A DNA stretch of 64,000 nt from Escherichia phage vB_EcoM_JS09: sequence record NC_024124.2; one strand, 5' to 3'. This document shows, one piece after another, positions 20,603 through 34,603 of the stretch. The notes below the pieces were generated by a model. That model did not search any database. It had not been told where the DNA came from and was given only the letters and a program-made list of their open reading frames with translations. The position numbers were made by a program, and so were the translations under genes. Position 1 is the stretch's first letter. Each line of letters opens with the position of its first letter.

Positions 20603-21520
20603 ATGGATTTAGAAATGATGTTGGATGAAGATTACAAAGAAGGTATTGCACTTGCCGACTTTAGTAACATTGCATTGGCAGCCGCATTAAACAACTTTGA
20701 AGACGGCGATAAAATTACTGTTCCGATGGTTCGCCATGTAATCTTGAATTCAATTCGTAAAAACGTAGTGATGTTCCGTAAGCAAGGTTATACAAAATTT
20801 GTATTGTGTATGGATAATGCTACTTCAGGTTATTGGCGACGTGACTTTGCTTACTATTATAAGAAAAATCGTAAAACCGATCGTGAAGCTTCAAAGTGGG
20901 ATTGGGAAGGATATTTTACTGCACTCCATCAAGTTGTTGATGAGATTAAGAAATACATGCCATACGTTGTAATGGATATTGACAAATACGAAGCGGATGA
21001 CCATATCGGTGTATTAACTAAATATTTGTCATTAGCTGGACATAAGGTGTGTATTGTTGCATCAGATGGTGACTTTACACAATTACACAAATACCCTAAC
21101 GTTAAACAGTGGTCGCCACCACAGAAAAAATGGGTTAAAATTAAGAACGGTTCTGCTGAAATTGATTGCATGACTAAAATTCTTAAAGGTGACCGTAAAG
21201 ATGGCGTTGCATCTGTTCGAGTTCGTGGTGACTTCTGGTTTACTCGAGTTGATGGTGAACGAACTCCGAGCATGAAAACAACGATTATTGAAGCAATTGC
21301 CAATGACCGTTCTCAAGCCGAAGTATTATTAAGTGCAGAAGAATATAAACGGTATCAAGAAAATTTGGTTCTCATTGATTTTGATTATATCCCTGATAAT
21401 ATTGCTTCAACCATTATAGAGTATTATAACTCATATAAACCACAACCTAAAGGCAAGATTTATTCATACTTTGTAAAATCTGGTCTTTCTAAATTAACAA
21501 GTGTAATTAATGAATTCTGA
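20603..21520 (+). CDS. rnh: RNase H (5'-3' exonuclease / flap endonuclease)
   Basis: 305-aa ORF matching recalled T4 Rnh (305 aa). Confidence 0.9.
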   Translation: MDLEMMLDEDYKEGIALADFSNIALAAALNNFEDGDKITVPMVRHVILNSIRKNVVMFRKQGYTKFVLCMDNATSGYWRRDFAYYYKKNRKTDREASKWDWEGYFTALHQVVDEIKKYMPYVVMDIDKYEADDHIGVLTKYLSLAGHKVCIVASDGDFTQLHKYPNVKQWSPPQKKWVKIKNGSAEIDCMTKILKGDRKDGVASVRVRGDFWFTRVDGERTPSMKTTIIEAIANDRSQAEVLLSAEEYKRYQENLVLIDFDYIPDNIASTIIEYYNSYKPQPKGKIYSYFVKSGLSKLTSVINEF

Positions 21521-21527
21521 GGTAAAC

Positions 21528-21797
21528 ATGGCTAAGAAAGAAGCAGTTGAATTTAATCAAGATGTGCATGGTGAAGAACTGGCTAAACTAGTCAAAGAAG
21601 CTTCCGATAACAAACTTAAAATTTCTGGTTATAATGAACTGATTAAAGACATTCGTACTCGTGCTAAAGAAGAGCTTGGCGTCGATGGAAAAATGTTTAA
21701 TCGTTTGTTAGCTCTTTATCATAAAGACGCACGTGACCAATTTGAAGCTGAAAACGAAGAGGTAGTCGAGCTTTATGACACAGTTTTCACTAAGTGA
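21528..21797 (+). CDS. dsbA: DsbA dsDNA-binding protein
   Basis: Internal ATG (MAKKEAV...) with GAGGT SD; 89 aa as in T4. Confidence 0.8.
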   Translation: MAKKEAVEFNQDVHGEELAKLVKEASDNKLKISGYNELIKDIRTRAKEELGVDGKMFNRLLALYHKDARDQFEAENEEVVELYDTVFTK

Positions 21798-22113
21798 TAT
21801 TAAACCGGTTGATGAGACCGGTTTATCTGAACAAGAATTAGCAGTAAAACACGATAAAGATGATATCGCTAAATTGCTTGACCGACAAGAAAATGGATTC
21901 ATTATCGAATCCATGGTTGAACAATTTGGTATGTCTTATTTAGAAGCAACAACTGCTTTCTTGGAAGAAAATTCTATTCCAGAAACACAATTTGCTAAAT
22001 TTATTCCTACAGGAATTGTTGAAAAAATTACAAGCGAAGCAATTGACGAAAATATGCTTCGCCCATCAGTTGCTCGTGGTGAAAAAACTAATACGTTAGA
22101 TTTCTTATTATGA
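21775..22113 (+). CDS. 33: gp33 late transcription accessory protein
   Basis: 112-aa ORF matching recalled T4 gp33. Confidence 0.85.
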   Translation: MTQFSLSDIKPVDETGLSEQELAVKHDKDDIAKLLDRQENGFIIESMVEQFGMSYLEATTAFLEENSIPETQFAKFIPTGIVEKITSEAIDENMLRPSVARGEKTNTLDFLL

Positions 22114-22763
22114 TTAAAATACGCATGCCTCCTGATGGAGAACGTTATATTAACGGAAAATCGGTATACAAACTATACTTGATGTGCAAACAACATTTTA
22201 ATGGTCGGTATGACGTAATCAAATATAACTGGTGCATGCGTGTTTCGGATAATGCGTATCAAAAACGCCGAGATAAATATTTCTTTGAAAAACTAGCAGA
22301 GAAATATAAATTGAAGGAACTCACCTTGATATTCATAAGCAACTTAGTTGCTAACCAAGACGCATGGATTGGTGAGATATCAGACGCTGATGCATTAGTT
22401 TTCTATAGGGAATATATTGGACGTCTCAAACAAGCCAAGGAGACGTTTGCTGAAGATGTACGTAACATCTACTATTTCGGTAAGAAAGTTGAAGTTAGCG
22501 CGCTTCAAGAGATATTTGATTATAATAATAAAGTTCAGTCGAGCTACATATTTAAATTGCTACAAAGCAATATAATTTCATTTGAAACCTTCTTGTTGTT
22601 AGATTCATTTTTGAATATTATAGATAAGCACGACGAACTCACCGATAACTTAGTCTGGCAAAATTATTCTACCAAATTAAAGGCATATCGAAAAATACTT
22701 CAAATCGATGGAAATGCTGCTAAGAAATTGTTCATAGAAACAATCAAATCATGTAAGTATTAA
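22110..22763 (+). CDS. 59: gp59 helicase loader
   Basis: 217-aa ORF matching recalled T4 gp59. Confidence 0.9.
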   Translation: MIKIRMPPDGERYINGKSVYKLYLMCKQHFNGRYDVIKYNWCMRVSDNAYQKRRDKYFFEKLAEKYKLKELTLIFISNLVANQDAWIGEISDADALVFYREYIGRLKQAKETFAEDVRNIYYFGKKVEVSALQEIFDYNNKVQSSYIFKLLQSNIISFETFLLLDSFLNIIDKHDELTDNLVWQNYSTKLKAYRKILQIDGNAAKKLFIETIKSCKY

Positions 22764-22792
22764 GCTTTATTTCTTGTGTGTTAAAATTACTT

Positions 22793-22800
22793 TATAAATA
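22793..22800 (+). promoter_or_regulatory. late promoter TATAAATA (gene 32)
   Basis: Exact TATAAATA in the gene 32 leader. Confidence 0.5.
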
Positions 22801-22810
22801 AATCATACCA

Positions 22811-22885
22811 GCTACGAGGTATAAGTGTCGTAGCAACCAACTGTAAGTAAATAAATTAAATAATCTAAATAAAAGGTAATAATCC
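22811..22885 (+). promoter_or_regulatory. gene 32 translational operator (hairpin/pseudoknot region plus unstructured A/U-rich gp32 binding tract)
   Basis: Hairpin GCTACGA (22811..22817) / TCGTAGC (22828..22834), then a U/A-rich tract with repeated UAAA/UUAAA elements up to the SD AAGG; matches the known T4 autoregulatory leader architecture. Confidence 0.6.
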
Positions 22886-23785
22886 ATGTTTAAACGTAAA
22901 TCTACTGCTGACCTCGCTGCTCAAATGGCTAAACTGAATGGTAACAAAGGTTTCTCTTCAGAAGATAAAGGCGAATGGAAGCTGAAGCTAGATGCATCCG
23001 GTAATGGTCAAGCGGTAATTCGTTTCTTGCCAGCAAAAACTGATGATGCACTACCATTTGCAATTCTTGTTAACCACGGTTTCAAGAAAAATGGTAAATG
23101 GTATATTGAAAATTGCTCTTCTACACATGGTGATTACGACTCTTGTCCTGTATGTCAGTACATTAGTAAAAATGACCTGTACAATACCAACAAAGCTGAA
23201 TATTCTCAACTGAAACGTAAAACTTCTTATTGGGCTAATATTCTGGTTGTTAAAGACCCTCAAGCTCCAGATAACGAAGGTAAAGTATTTAAATATCGTT
23301 TCGGTAAAAAGATTTGGGACAAAATCAATGCAATGATTGCAGTTGATACCGAAATGGGTGAAACTCCAGTTGATGTTACTTGTCCGTTTGAAGGTGCTAA
23401 CTTCGTTCTGAAAGCTAAGCAGGTTTCTGGTTTTAGCAACTATGACGAATCTAAATTCTTGGGTCAATCTGAAATTCCTCGTATTAATGACGAAGCATTC
23501 CAGAAAGAACTATATGACCAGATGGTAGACCTTACTACTTTGACGGCTAAAGACCAGTTCAAATCCTTTGAAAAATTAAATGAATCTTTCGCTAAGGTTC
23601 TTGGTACTGCCGCTCTTGGTGGTGCAGCAGCCGCAGCAGCTTCTGTTGCAGATAAAGTTGCTTCTGACCTTGACGATTTTGATAAAGACATGGAAGCCTT
23701 TAGTTCTGCAAAAACTGAAGATGACTTCATGAGTTCCTCGTCTTCTGACGATGGCGACCTCGATGACCTGTTAGCTGGTCTATAA
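22886..23785 (+). CDS. 32: gp32 single-stranded DNA-binding protein
   Basis: 299-aa ORF matching recalled T4 gp32; acidic C-terminus; structured A/U-rich 5' leader. Confidence 0.9.
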   Translation: MFKRKSTADLAAQMAKLNGNKGFSSEDKGEWKLKLDASGNGQAVIRFLPAKTDDALPFAILVNHGFKKNGKWYIENCSSTHGDYDSCPVCQYISKNDLYNTNKAEYSQLKRKTSYWANILVVKDPQAPDNEGKVFKYRFGKKIWDKINAMIAVDTEMGETPVDVTCPFEGANFVLKAKQVSGFSNYDESKFLGQSEIPRINDEAFQKELYDQMVDLTTLTAKDQFKSFEKLNESFAKVLGTAALGGAAAAAASVADKVASDLDDFDKDMEAFSSAKTEDDFMSSSSSDDGDLDDLLAGL

Positions 23786-23791
23786 TAAATT

Positions 23792-23813
23792 GGGAGACTT
23801 CGGTCTCCCTTTT
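23792..23813 (+). terminator. rho-independent terminator after gene 32
   Basis: GGGAGAC-TTCG-GTCTCCC + TTTTGAG. Confidence 0.75.
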
Positions 23814-23841
23814 GAGTATCTGTAAATTGCCGAAAAAGTTG

Positions 23842-23869
23842 TTTACTTCTTCCCTGGATGTGTTAGTAT
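23842..23869 (+). promoter_or_regulatory. early promoter
   Basis: GTTTAC 23841; TGTTAGTAT extended -10; followed by the common AGACCTATCAA motif. Confidence 0.5.
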
Positions 23870-23898
23870 AGACCTATCAACAACATGAGGAAATCAAA

Positions 23899-24303
23899 AT
23901 GGAAATCGGAAAATCTTATATCATTAACCCTTTATTTAAAGATGACTTTGTTCAAGAAGCACCACACAATAACGCTAAGATGTTAAAATTGATTGAACTC
24001 CACGGGCCTAGTTTTGTTGTAAACGGAATGGAACCTGATTATGATAGCGATACGTCAAACGTAGTAAGTGTAACTATGGAAGATGGTACTGTATGTTCTG
24101 CCGGTGGTGAAATTGAAACTTATTTTGAGATTTATCCTGACGAGTTCAAATACTTTATTGAGTACTTTACTGAGGTAACTTTAGAAAAGCCTCAACCTAC
24201 TAACGAAGGTATAACTTTAGGTGTAACAAAAATCCATTGTATCGTAGATGAAACCAACGTCGACGAAATCATCAAACTTTTGCAAAAAACTTTTAAAAAG
24301 TAG
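23899..24303 (+). CDS. hypothetical protein (frd.3 position)
   Basis: 134-aa ORF, GAGGA SD, early promoter 23842..23869. Confidence 0.5.
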   Translation: MEIGKSYIINPLFKDDFVQEAPHNNAKMLKLIELHGPSFVVNGMEPDYDSDTSNVVSVTMEDGTVCSAGGEIETYFEIYPDEFKYFIEYFTEVTLEKPQPTNEGITLGVTKIHCIVDETNVDEIIKLLQKTFKK

Positions 24304-24332
24304 TGTACAATCAGATAGGGTTATGTTATAGT
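24304..24332 (+). promoter_or_regulatory. early promoter with dyad symmetry around -10
   Basis: TGTACA-N17-TATAGT; inverted repeat ATAGGG (24315..24320) / CCCTAT (24335..24340). Confidence 0.55.
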
Positions 24333-24367
24333 AGCCCTATCAAATCAAAAGTGAAGCGGAGAATAAA

Positions 24368-24616
24368 ATGAGATTGCAACGCCAGAGCATCAAAGATTCG
24401 GAAGTTAGAGGTAAATGGTACTTCAACATCGTCGGTAAAGACGCTGAACTCCTTGAACAAGCTGAAGAAGCTTTACGAGAAATGGGTTGGAACGAAGAAT
24501 GTGATGGATGTCCACTCTACGAAGATGGTGAAAGTGCAGGATTCTGGATTTATCATTCTGACGTCGATCAGTTTAAAGCTGATTGGAAAGTTGTTAAGAA
24601 AAATCTGAGGAAATAA
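24368..24616 (+). CDS. hypothetical protein (frd.2 position)
   Basis: 82-aa ORF, GGAG SD, early promoter 24304..24332. Confidence 0.5.
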   Translation: MRLQRQSIKDSEVRGKWYFNIVGKDAELLEQAEEALREMGWNEECDGCPLYEDGESAGFWIYHSDVDQFKADWKVVKKNLRK

Positions 24617-24618
24617 TT

Positions 24619-26304
<1,686 letters not shown>

Positions 26305-26305
26305 A

Positions 26306-26560
26306 ATGATTTTACGTTTTATTAATTCATATGGCACCACAATTTTTGAAATGAAAAATCCTACAGAACTAGATATCCCTTCGCCAAATAGTGAAATCAC
26401 AGTTAAAGGTGAACGATTCATTTGCTATTCACATGAACGAATTTATGAATATCGTGAATTTTGTGGTGGTTACGGTATGGAAAAAGAACCATTGGTTTAT
26501 TTCGATATCACAGTTTTGACTCCTAAAGAATACAAAGAAATTATTGCTAAGAATAATTAA
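26306..26560 (+). CDS. hypothetical protein
   Basis: 84-aa ORF directly after td. Confidence 0.5.
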   Translation: MILRFINSYGTTIFEMKNPTELDIPSPNSEITVKGERFICYSHERIYEYREFCGGYGMEKEPLVYFDITVLTPKEYKEIIAKNN

Positions 26561-26591
26561 CGCTTCAGTTTAAAAGTGTATAATAAATTAA

Positions 26592-26613
26592 CGGGATAAA
26601 TACTATCCCGTTT
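26592..26613 (+). terminator. hairpin with U-tract upstream of nrdA
   Basis: CGGGATA-AATAC-TATCCCG followed by TTTGG. Confidence 0.45.
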
Positions 26614-26647
26614 GGAGTAATGTCTATCAACCTATACTGAGGAATAT

Positions 26648-28903
26648 ATGCAAGTAACTAAGAGCAGTGGTGTATCCCAAAATTTTGATGCACAGAAAAT
26701 TATTCAAGTATTAACTTGGCAATGTGAAGGAACACAAATCGACCCATATGAATTGTACGAAGAAATTAAGACCCATCTTGTCGATGGGATGAGCACCAAA
26801 GATATTCAGAAGATTTGTATTAAAGTTGCAGCTAACTCGATTTCTGTCGAAGAACCCGATTATCAATATGTTGCCGCTAAAGGATTAATGTTTGCACTTC
26901 GTAAAGATGTATATGGACAGTTTGAACCTCCTGCTTTTATCGACCATATTTCTTACTGTGTTAATGAAGGCAAATACGATCCCGAGTTGTTGTCTAGATA
27001 TTCTGCAGAAGAAATCATTTATCTTGATTCTCAGATTAAACACGAGCGAGATTTCGACCTGACTTATGCTGGTGCTATGCAGCTTAAAGAAAAATACCTG
27101 GTTAAAGATAAAACAACTGGTAAGATTTATGAAACTCCCCAGTTTGCTATCATGGCTATTGGTATGGCCTTACATCAAGACGAAACTCATGACCGTTTGA
27201 AACATATTATTCGTTTTTATGATGCCGTTTCTACTCATCAAGTTTCATTGCCTACTCCAATTATGGCAGGTGCTCGTACTCCAACTCGCCAGTTCTCTAG
27301 TTGTGTAGTTATTGAAGCCGGTGATTCGTTAAAATCTATTAACAAAACTTCAGCATCAATTATTGAATATATTTCTAAACGAGCTGGTATAGGTATCAAC
27401 GTTGGTATGCTTCGTGCAGAAGGTTCTAAGATCGGTATGGGTGAAGTTCGACATACGGGTGTTATTCCATTCTGGAAACATTTCCAAACTGCAGTAAAAT
27501 CTTGTTCTCAAGGTGGTATTCGTGGTGGTGCTGCTACAGCGTATTATCCGATGTGGCACTTAGAAGTAGAGAACCTATTAGTTCTGAAAAATAATAAAGG
27601 TGTGGATGAAAACCGTATTCGACATATGGACTACGGAATTCAGATTAATGACCTTATGATGGAACGCCTTGGTAAAAATGATTATATTACTTTATTTAGC
27701 CCTCACGAAATGTCAGGCGAACTATACTACTCGTTCTTTGAAGATCAAGATAAATTCCGTGAGCTTTATGAGAAAGCTGAAAAAGACCCAACAATCAGAA
27801 AGAAAAGAATCAAAGCACTAGAACTCTTTGAATTGTTCATGACTGAACGTTCTGGCACTGCTCGAATTTATCCACAGTTTGTTGACAACACGAATAACTA
27901 TACTCCATTTATTCGCGAAAAAGCTCCAATTCGCCAGAGTAACTTATGTTGTGAAATCGCTATTCCAACTAATGATGTGAATGGGCCTGATGCTGAAATT
28001 GGTTTATGCACGTTATCTGCCTTTGTATTAGATAAATTTGATTGGCAAGACCAAGATAAAATTAATGAACTTGCTGAAGTACAAGTACGTGCACTTGATA
28101 ACCTGTTAGACTATCAAGATTATCCGGTTCCAGAAGCTTTAAAAGCTAAAAAGCGTCGAAACCTCGGCGTTGGTGTGACGAACTATGCTGCATGGTTAGC
28201 TTCTAACTTTGCTTCATATGAAGACGCTAACGATTTGACTCATGAATTGTTTGAGAGATTGCAATATGGCCTTATCAAAGCTTCAATCAAACTCGCCAAA
28301 GAAAAAGGACCTTGCGAGTATTATTCAGACACTAAATGGTCTAGAGGCGAATTACCTATCGACTGGTACAATAAAAAGATTGACCAAATCGCAGCCCCGA
28401 ACTACGTCTGTGATTGGGAAGAACTTCGAGCTGAACTCAAAGAACATGGAATTCGTAACTCAACGTTGTCTGCACTCATGCCTTGTGAGTCAAGCAGTCA
28501 AGTATCGAACTCTACAAATGGGATTGAGCCCCCGCGCGGTCCAGTAAGTATTAAAGAATCTAAAGAAGGCAACTTCCGACAGGTTGTTCCTAATATCGAA
28601 CATAATATGAGTCTTTACGACTATGCGTGGAAACTTGCTAAGAAAGGTAATAAACCTTATTTGACCCAAGTTGCTATCATGTTGAAATGGGTGTGCCAAT
28701 CTGTTTCTGCTAATACTTACTATGACCCTGCAGTATTTGAGAAAGGTAAAGTGCCAATGTCAGTAATGCTTGACGATCTACTTTACTTCTGGTACTTTGG
28801 CGGAAAAAACCTCTACTATCATAACACTCGTGATGGGTCAGGTACAGATGACTATGAATTAGAAACACCTAAAGCTGAAGATTGTTCTGCTTGTAAGCTT
28901 TAA
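26648..28903 (+). CDS. nrdA: ribonucleotide reductase large subunit
   Basis: 751-aa ORF (T4 NrdA 754 aa); class I RNR motifs. Confidence 0.9.
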   Translation: MQVTKSSGVSQNFDAQKIIQVLTWQCEGTQIDPYELYEEIKTHLVDGMSTKDIQKICIKVAANSISVEEPDYQYVAAKGLMFALRKDVYGQFEPPAFIDHISYCVNEGKYDPELLSRYSAEEIIYLDSQIKHERDFDLTYAGAMQLKEKYLVKDKTTGKIYETPQFAIMAIGMALHQDETHDRLKHIIRFYDAVSTHQVSLPTPIMAGARTPTRQFSSCVVIEAGDSLKSINKTSASIIEYISKRAGIGINVGMLRAEGSKIGMGEVRHTGVIPFWKHFQTAVKSCSQGGIRGGAATAYYPMWHLEVENLLVLKNNKGVDENRIRHMDYGIQINDLMMERLGKNDYITLFSPHEMSGELYYSFFEDQDKFRELYEKAEKDPTIRKKRIKALELFELFMTERSGTARIYPQFVDNTNNYTPFIREKAPIRQSNLCCEIAIPTNDVNGPDAEIGLCTLSAFVLDKFDWQDQDKINELAEVQVRALDNLLDYQDYPVPEALKAKKRRNLGVGVTNYAAWLASNFASYEDANDLTHELFERLQYGLIKASIKLAKEKGPCEYYSDTKWSRGELPIDWYNKKIDQIAAPNYVCDWEELRAELKEHGIRNSTLSALMPCESSSQVSNSTNGIEPPRGPVSIKESKEGNFRQVVPNIEHNMSLYDYAWKLAKKGNKPYLTQVAIMLKWVCQSVSANTYYDPAVFEKGKVPMSVMLDDLLYFWYFGGKNLYYHNTRDGSGTDDYELETPKAEDCSACKL

Positions 28904-28955
28904 GACTTTTGATTATAATTTACTCATGGATGAGTTAAACTAAGTGAGAAATATA

Positions 28956-30134
28956 ATGAGTACAGTTTTTAACACACAACAAGTCGATGTTTTGAATGAG
29001 CCGATGTTCTTTGGTTCTGGTCTTGGTATTGCGCGTTATGATATTCAACGCCATAAAGTTTTTGAAGATTTGACCGAAAAACAATTGTCATTTTTCTGGC
29101 GCCCCGAAGAGGTAAACTTGATGTTGGACTCTGCGCAGTTCAATAAGCTTCCTCAGTTCCAACAGGACATCTTTACAACCAACCTTAAGTATCAATCATT
29201 ATTAGATTCTATCCAAGGCAGAGCCCCATCTGCGGTACTTATGGCACTGATTTCTGACCCTTCATTAGATACATGGGTTGCAACATGGACATTCAGTGAA
29301 ACTATTCACTCTCGTTCATATACTCATATCATGCGAAATCTTTATACAGACCCATCTAAGGTATTTGATGAGATTGTATTAGACGAAGCAATCATGAAAC
29401 GAGCTGAATCAATAGGTAAATATTACGATGATGTTCTAGTCAAGACCCGCCATTGGGAAAACCAGAAAGAATTCACGGAACTAGCCAAAGCGTCAATTGG
29501 TGCAGACCTTCAATTAGAACGTGCTATTAAGCAAGAAGCCGCTGCTAAGCGTGATTTAATGAAGTCTCTTTATCTCTGTTTGCATGTTATCAACGCCTTA
29601 GAAGCTATTCGTTTTTACGTATCATTTGCATGTACCTTTAACTTCCATAAAAATATGGAAATTATGGAAGGCAATGCAAAGATTATGAAGTTCATTGCTC
29701 GTGACGAACAACTCCACCTCAAGGGTACTCAGTACATTATCCGTCAACTTCAATCTGGTACTGATGGTGATGAGTGGGTTCAAATTGCTAAAGAATGTGA
29801 ACAAGAAGCAGTTAACATTTTTATGGAAGTAAATAGACAAGAGAAGGAATGGGCTGCACACCTCTTTAAAGACGGTACATGTCCAGGTATCAATACGCAG
29901 AGTATGTGTGCTTTTGTTGATTACTTGACTGTGTCTCGTATGAAACAGTGTGGTTTGCCATGTCCAATTACTGATGCTCCTACCAAGCATCCGTATCCTT
30001 GGATTCGTGAATATCTGAACTCTGATTTAGTTCAAGCAGCTCCTCAGGAAGTTGAAATCAGTTCTTATCTTGTCGCACAAATTGATAATGATGTAGACCA
30101 AAATGTAATCAATTCATACAAAAAATATTTCTAA
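28956..30134 (+). CDS. nrdB: ribonucleotide reductase small subunit (uninterrupted, no intron)
   Basis: ATG at 28956 (MSTVFNT...) matches the recalled T4 NrdB N-terminus; track start 28944 is GTG; contiguous ORF. Confidence 0.9.
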   Translation: MSTVFNTQQVDVLNEPMFFGSGLGIARYDIQRHKVFEDLTEKQLSFFWRPEEVNLMLDSAQFNKLPQFQQDIFTTNLKYQSLLDSIQGRAPSAVLMALISDPSLDTWVATWTFSETIHSRSYTHIMRNLYTDPSKVFDEIVLDEAIMKRAESIGKYYDDVLVKTRHWENQKEFTELAKASIGADLQLERAIKQEAAAKRDLMKSLYLCLHVINALEAIRFYVSFACTFNFHKNMEIMEGNAKIMKFIARDEQLHLKGTQYIIRQLQSGTDGDEWVQIAKECEQEAVNIFMEVNRQEKEWAAHLFKDGTCPGINTQSMCAFVDYLTVSRMKQCGLPCPITDAPTKHPYPWIREYLNSDLVQAAPQEVEISSYLVAQIDNDVDQNVINSYKKYF

Positions 30135-30138
30135 GGAC

Positions 30139-30160
30139 GGGACTTCGGTCCCACTTTATT
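30139..30160 (+). terminator. UUCG hairpin between nrdB and denA
   Basis: GGGAC-TTCG-GTCCC; weak U-tract; abuts the denA start so may act in RNA stability or translation instead. Confidence 0.45.
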
Positions 30161-30571
30161 ATGAAAGATATTGCCGCCGAATATTCCTTTATTAAATATA
30201 CAGAATTGGAGCTATTAGAAGATGCAACAATTAAAACAGTTGATGTCCCTAATAAGAAAAATGTCATATACGCTATTGCTATAGATGACGAACTTGTGTA
30301 TATTGGTAAAACCAAGAATTTAAAGAAACGCATTAACTATTATCGAACAGCCATAAATCGAAAAGACCAGACTTCAGATTCAAGAAAATCTCTTATGATT
30401 TTGGATGCCTTAATGCAAGGCAAAAAGGTTGAATTCTGGGCCCGCCAATGTTTTGACCTTTCAGTCACCAACGAACTTGGTTCAATGACCATCGCAACAA
30501 TGGACCTTGAAGAACCGCTTTTTATCAAAAAGTTCAACCCGCCTTGGAATATCCAACATAAGAAAAAGTAG
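30161..30571 (+). CDS. denA: endonuclease II
   Basis: 136-aa ORF matching recalled T4 DenA (136 aa). Confidence 0.85.
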   Translation: MKDIAAEYSFIKYTELELLEDATIKTVDVPNKKNVIYAIAIDDELVYIGKTKNLKKRINYYRTAINRKDQTSDSRKSLMILDALMQGKKVEFWARQCFDLSVTNELGSMTIATMDLEEPLFIKKFNPPWNIQHKKK

Positions 30572-30600
30572 TTTACACACCACAAGGATTGTGGTACAAT
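30572..30600 (+). promoter_or_regulatory. early promoter (rnlA) with dyad in the spacer
   Basis: TTTACA-N17-TACAAT; 7-bp inverted repeat ACCACAA (30579..30585) / TTGTGGT (30589..30595). Confidence 0.5.
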
Positions 30601-30616
30601 TTAAAAAACTAACTGA

Positions 30617-31750
<1,134 letters not shown>

Positions 31751-31812
31751 TGGTTTACAAACACCAAGGATGGTGTTACTATGGCTTTTATCAACATCAC
31801 GAGGAGAAAATT

Positions 31813-32313
31813 ATGAATATGCAATTGATTACTAACGATATGGTTGTGGCAGCATTTGGTGATTCTTCAGATGGAATCAGGGTCTTTAAGAAAGGACGTC
31901 CAGTTGGTTATCTTACTGACCTACGTGTTACACTGGCCAAAAATGCTAAAAAGAAGTTAAAGCAAAAGGAATATTCAACACGTTACACCGAAGAGAAACG
32001 TGAAGCGATGCCAGAAGCAGTTAATGCCATGGTAGAATTTCTTCAAAACAATTTGACTAAATATGACGCTAATGTGTTCATTAATATTAGTCAACCAAAT
32101 GTACATATCGCAGGTATAAAATTCTACATTATTTGCGACCCTCTTACCGACAAATTCAACCGCCTCGGAATTTCAAGTCCGTATCATACAGCAGAAGAGT
32201 TGTGTGTATTGTTTGAATCGTACAAAATCCAGTGCGATGGTCCGAAAACCGTTCTTATCAATGGATTATCCCGAGATGAAATCATTGAGATTATTAAAAC
32301 ATGCTTAAAGTAA
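31813..32313 (+). CDS. alc: Alc-like protein (by position and size)
   Basis: ATG at 31813 with GAGGAG SD gives 166 aa (T4 Alc 167 aa); between rnlA and the pseT-region genes as in T4; sequence not independently recognised. Confidence 0.5.
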   Translation: MNMQLITNDMVVAAFGDSSDGIRVFKKGRPVGYLTDLRVTLAKNAKKKLKQKEYSTRYTEEKREAMPEAVNAMVEFLQNNLTKYDANVFINISQPNVHIAGIKFYIICDPLTDKFNRLGISSPYHTAEELCVLFESYKIQCDGPKTVLINGLSRDEIIEIIKTCLK

Positions 32314-32657
32314 ATCCGATTTATACTATAGTAGCAGCTTTTGCTCTAGTTTCTACGGTAACAATAGTTGTCTTAAACAACAAAGTTGATTCGTTGAATA
32401 CTGAATTAGCTTCTGTCAAAGAGACCGCTAAAAACAATGCTAAAGTATTAGACGACTTCAAGGTTCAGTATCAGTCAATCGAAGAAATGACTTATAAGAA
32501 CCGTGTTTTAGTTGACCAACTTAAGGCCGAAAATGAAAAGCTCCGTAAGGATTCGAAGAAGAAGAACGTGGTGGCGAGTAAGCCAGGATTGGTCGAAAAA
32601 CAAATCAACAAGTCCTTCGATTCCTTTGCAGAAGACCTCAGGAAGCTCTCAGAATGA
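32301..32657 (+). CDS. i-spanin (Rz-like; T4 pseT.3 equivalent)
   Basis: 118 aa; N-terminal TM segment IYTIVAAFALVSTVTIVVL then K/E-rich coiled-coil-like region; coupled to the downstream lipoprotein. Confidence 0.6.
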   Translation: MLKVNPIYTIVAAFALVSTVTIVVLNNKVDSLNTELASVKETAKNNAKVLDDFKVQYQSIEEMTYKNRVLVDQLKAENEKLRKDSKKKNVVASKPGLVEKQINKSFDSFAEDLRKLSE

Positions 32658-32944
32658 TTAAATTAACCGCAGTTGTATTATCTATTGGCATTTTGGCCGG
32701 ATGTGCCCAGGATGTGCCTTTAAGCCCTAAAGAAACTTTACATCCGCCATGGCCAGAATCTATTGTTGAATATAACCAGAAATGGCAAGTAAAGGTTATT
32801 GATGGTAATCCATGGGTTGGAATGCCATTTGAAGACTCTCAAGAATTTCGTATCTGGTTAAACGACGTAAAAAGATATGTACATGACCAGAAGACTATGT
32901 TATGTTATTATCGTAGTGGTTTAAAAGAGGAAAAATGCCAATGA
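32654..32944 (+). CDS. o-spanin (Rz1-like outer-membrane lipoprotein; T4 pseT.2 equivalent)
   Basis: 96 aa; lipobox LSIGILAGC; ATGA-coupled to the i-spanin. Confidence 0.65.
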   Translation: MIKLTAVVLSIGILAGCAQDVPLSPKETLHPPWPESIVEYNQKWQVKVIDGNPWVGMPFEDSQEFRIWLNDVKRYVHDQKTMLCYYRSGLKEEKCQ

Positions 32945-33159
32945 CTAAAGAACAGCATGAATACATTAAAGGGCTTATCTATGAATCTGAAATGGCGGCC
33001 ATGATTTACGGGCGACAGATTCAACGATTAGAATCTTTGCCTCCGACTAATGACCGATTGTTAGTTCAGTCTCGTGCTAATCTGAAAAATGAATATCAGA
33101 ATAAGTGGGCAGTAGCGACTAAAGCTCTTCACGAGTATATTGAATCTTTAGTAAAATAG
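32935..33159 (+). CDS. hypothetical protein
   Basis: 74-aa ORF overlapping the o-spanin stop. Confidence 0.5.
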   Translation: MPMTKEQHEYIKGLIYESEMAAMIYGRQIQRLESLPPTNDRLLVQSRANLKNEYQNKWAVATKALHEYIESLVK

Positions 33160-33188
33160 TTTACAAACTCTCAGGAGCAGAGTATAAT
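33160..33188 (+). promoter_or_regulatory. early promoter with dyad symmetry around -10
   Basis: TTTACA-N17-TATAAT; inverted repeat AGGAGCA (33173..33179) / TGCTCCT (33188..33194); paralogue of the 4781 promoter with compensatory arm changes. Confidence 0.6.
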
Positions 33189-33216
33189 GCTCCTATGGAT
33201 AATTGAGGAAATCTAA

Positions 33217-33515
33217 ATGAAAACATTACTAGAGAATTACATCAAACGGTCTGATGAGTATATTGATATCTGTCGTGGAATGTCACTCGGCAATTATGAC
33301 AAAGATGCAGCAAAGGCACTAGATGAAGCAGGTAAAGCTCTTCGTAAAGCTGCTAAAGAAAAAGGGTTGGATTTGCAACAACTCAAAAGTCATATGATTA
33401 AATTTATTTCTTCAAACGTTAGAAGTACGTCAATTAATAAAAACGTTGCTGAAATTAATAAAGACCGGCGCGAGCATAACATTCGTATTCTTGAAATTTT
33501 CTTAGGAATAAAATA

Positions 33516-33516
<1 letters not shown>
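33217..33516 (+). CDS. hypothetical protein
   Basis: 99-aa ORF, GAGGA SD, early promoter 33160..33188. Confidence 0.5.
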
Positions 33517-34602
<1,086 letters not shown>

Positions 34603-34603
<1 letters not shown>

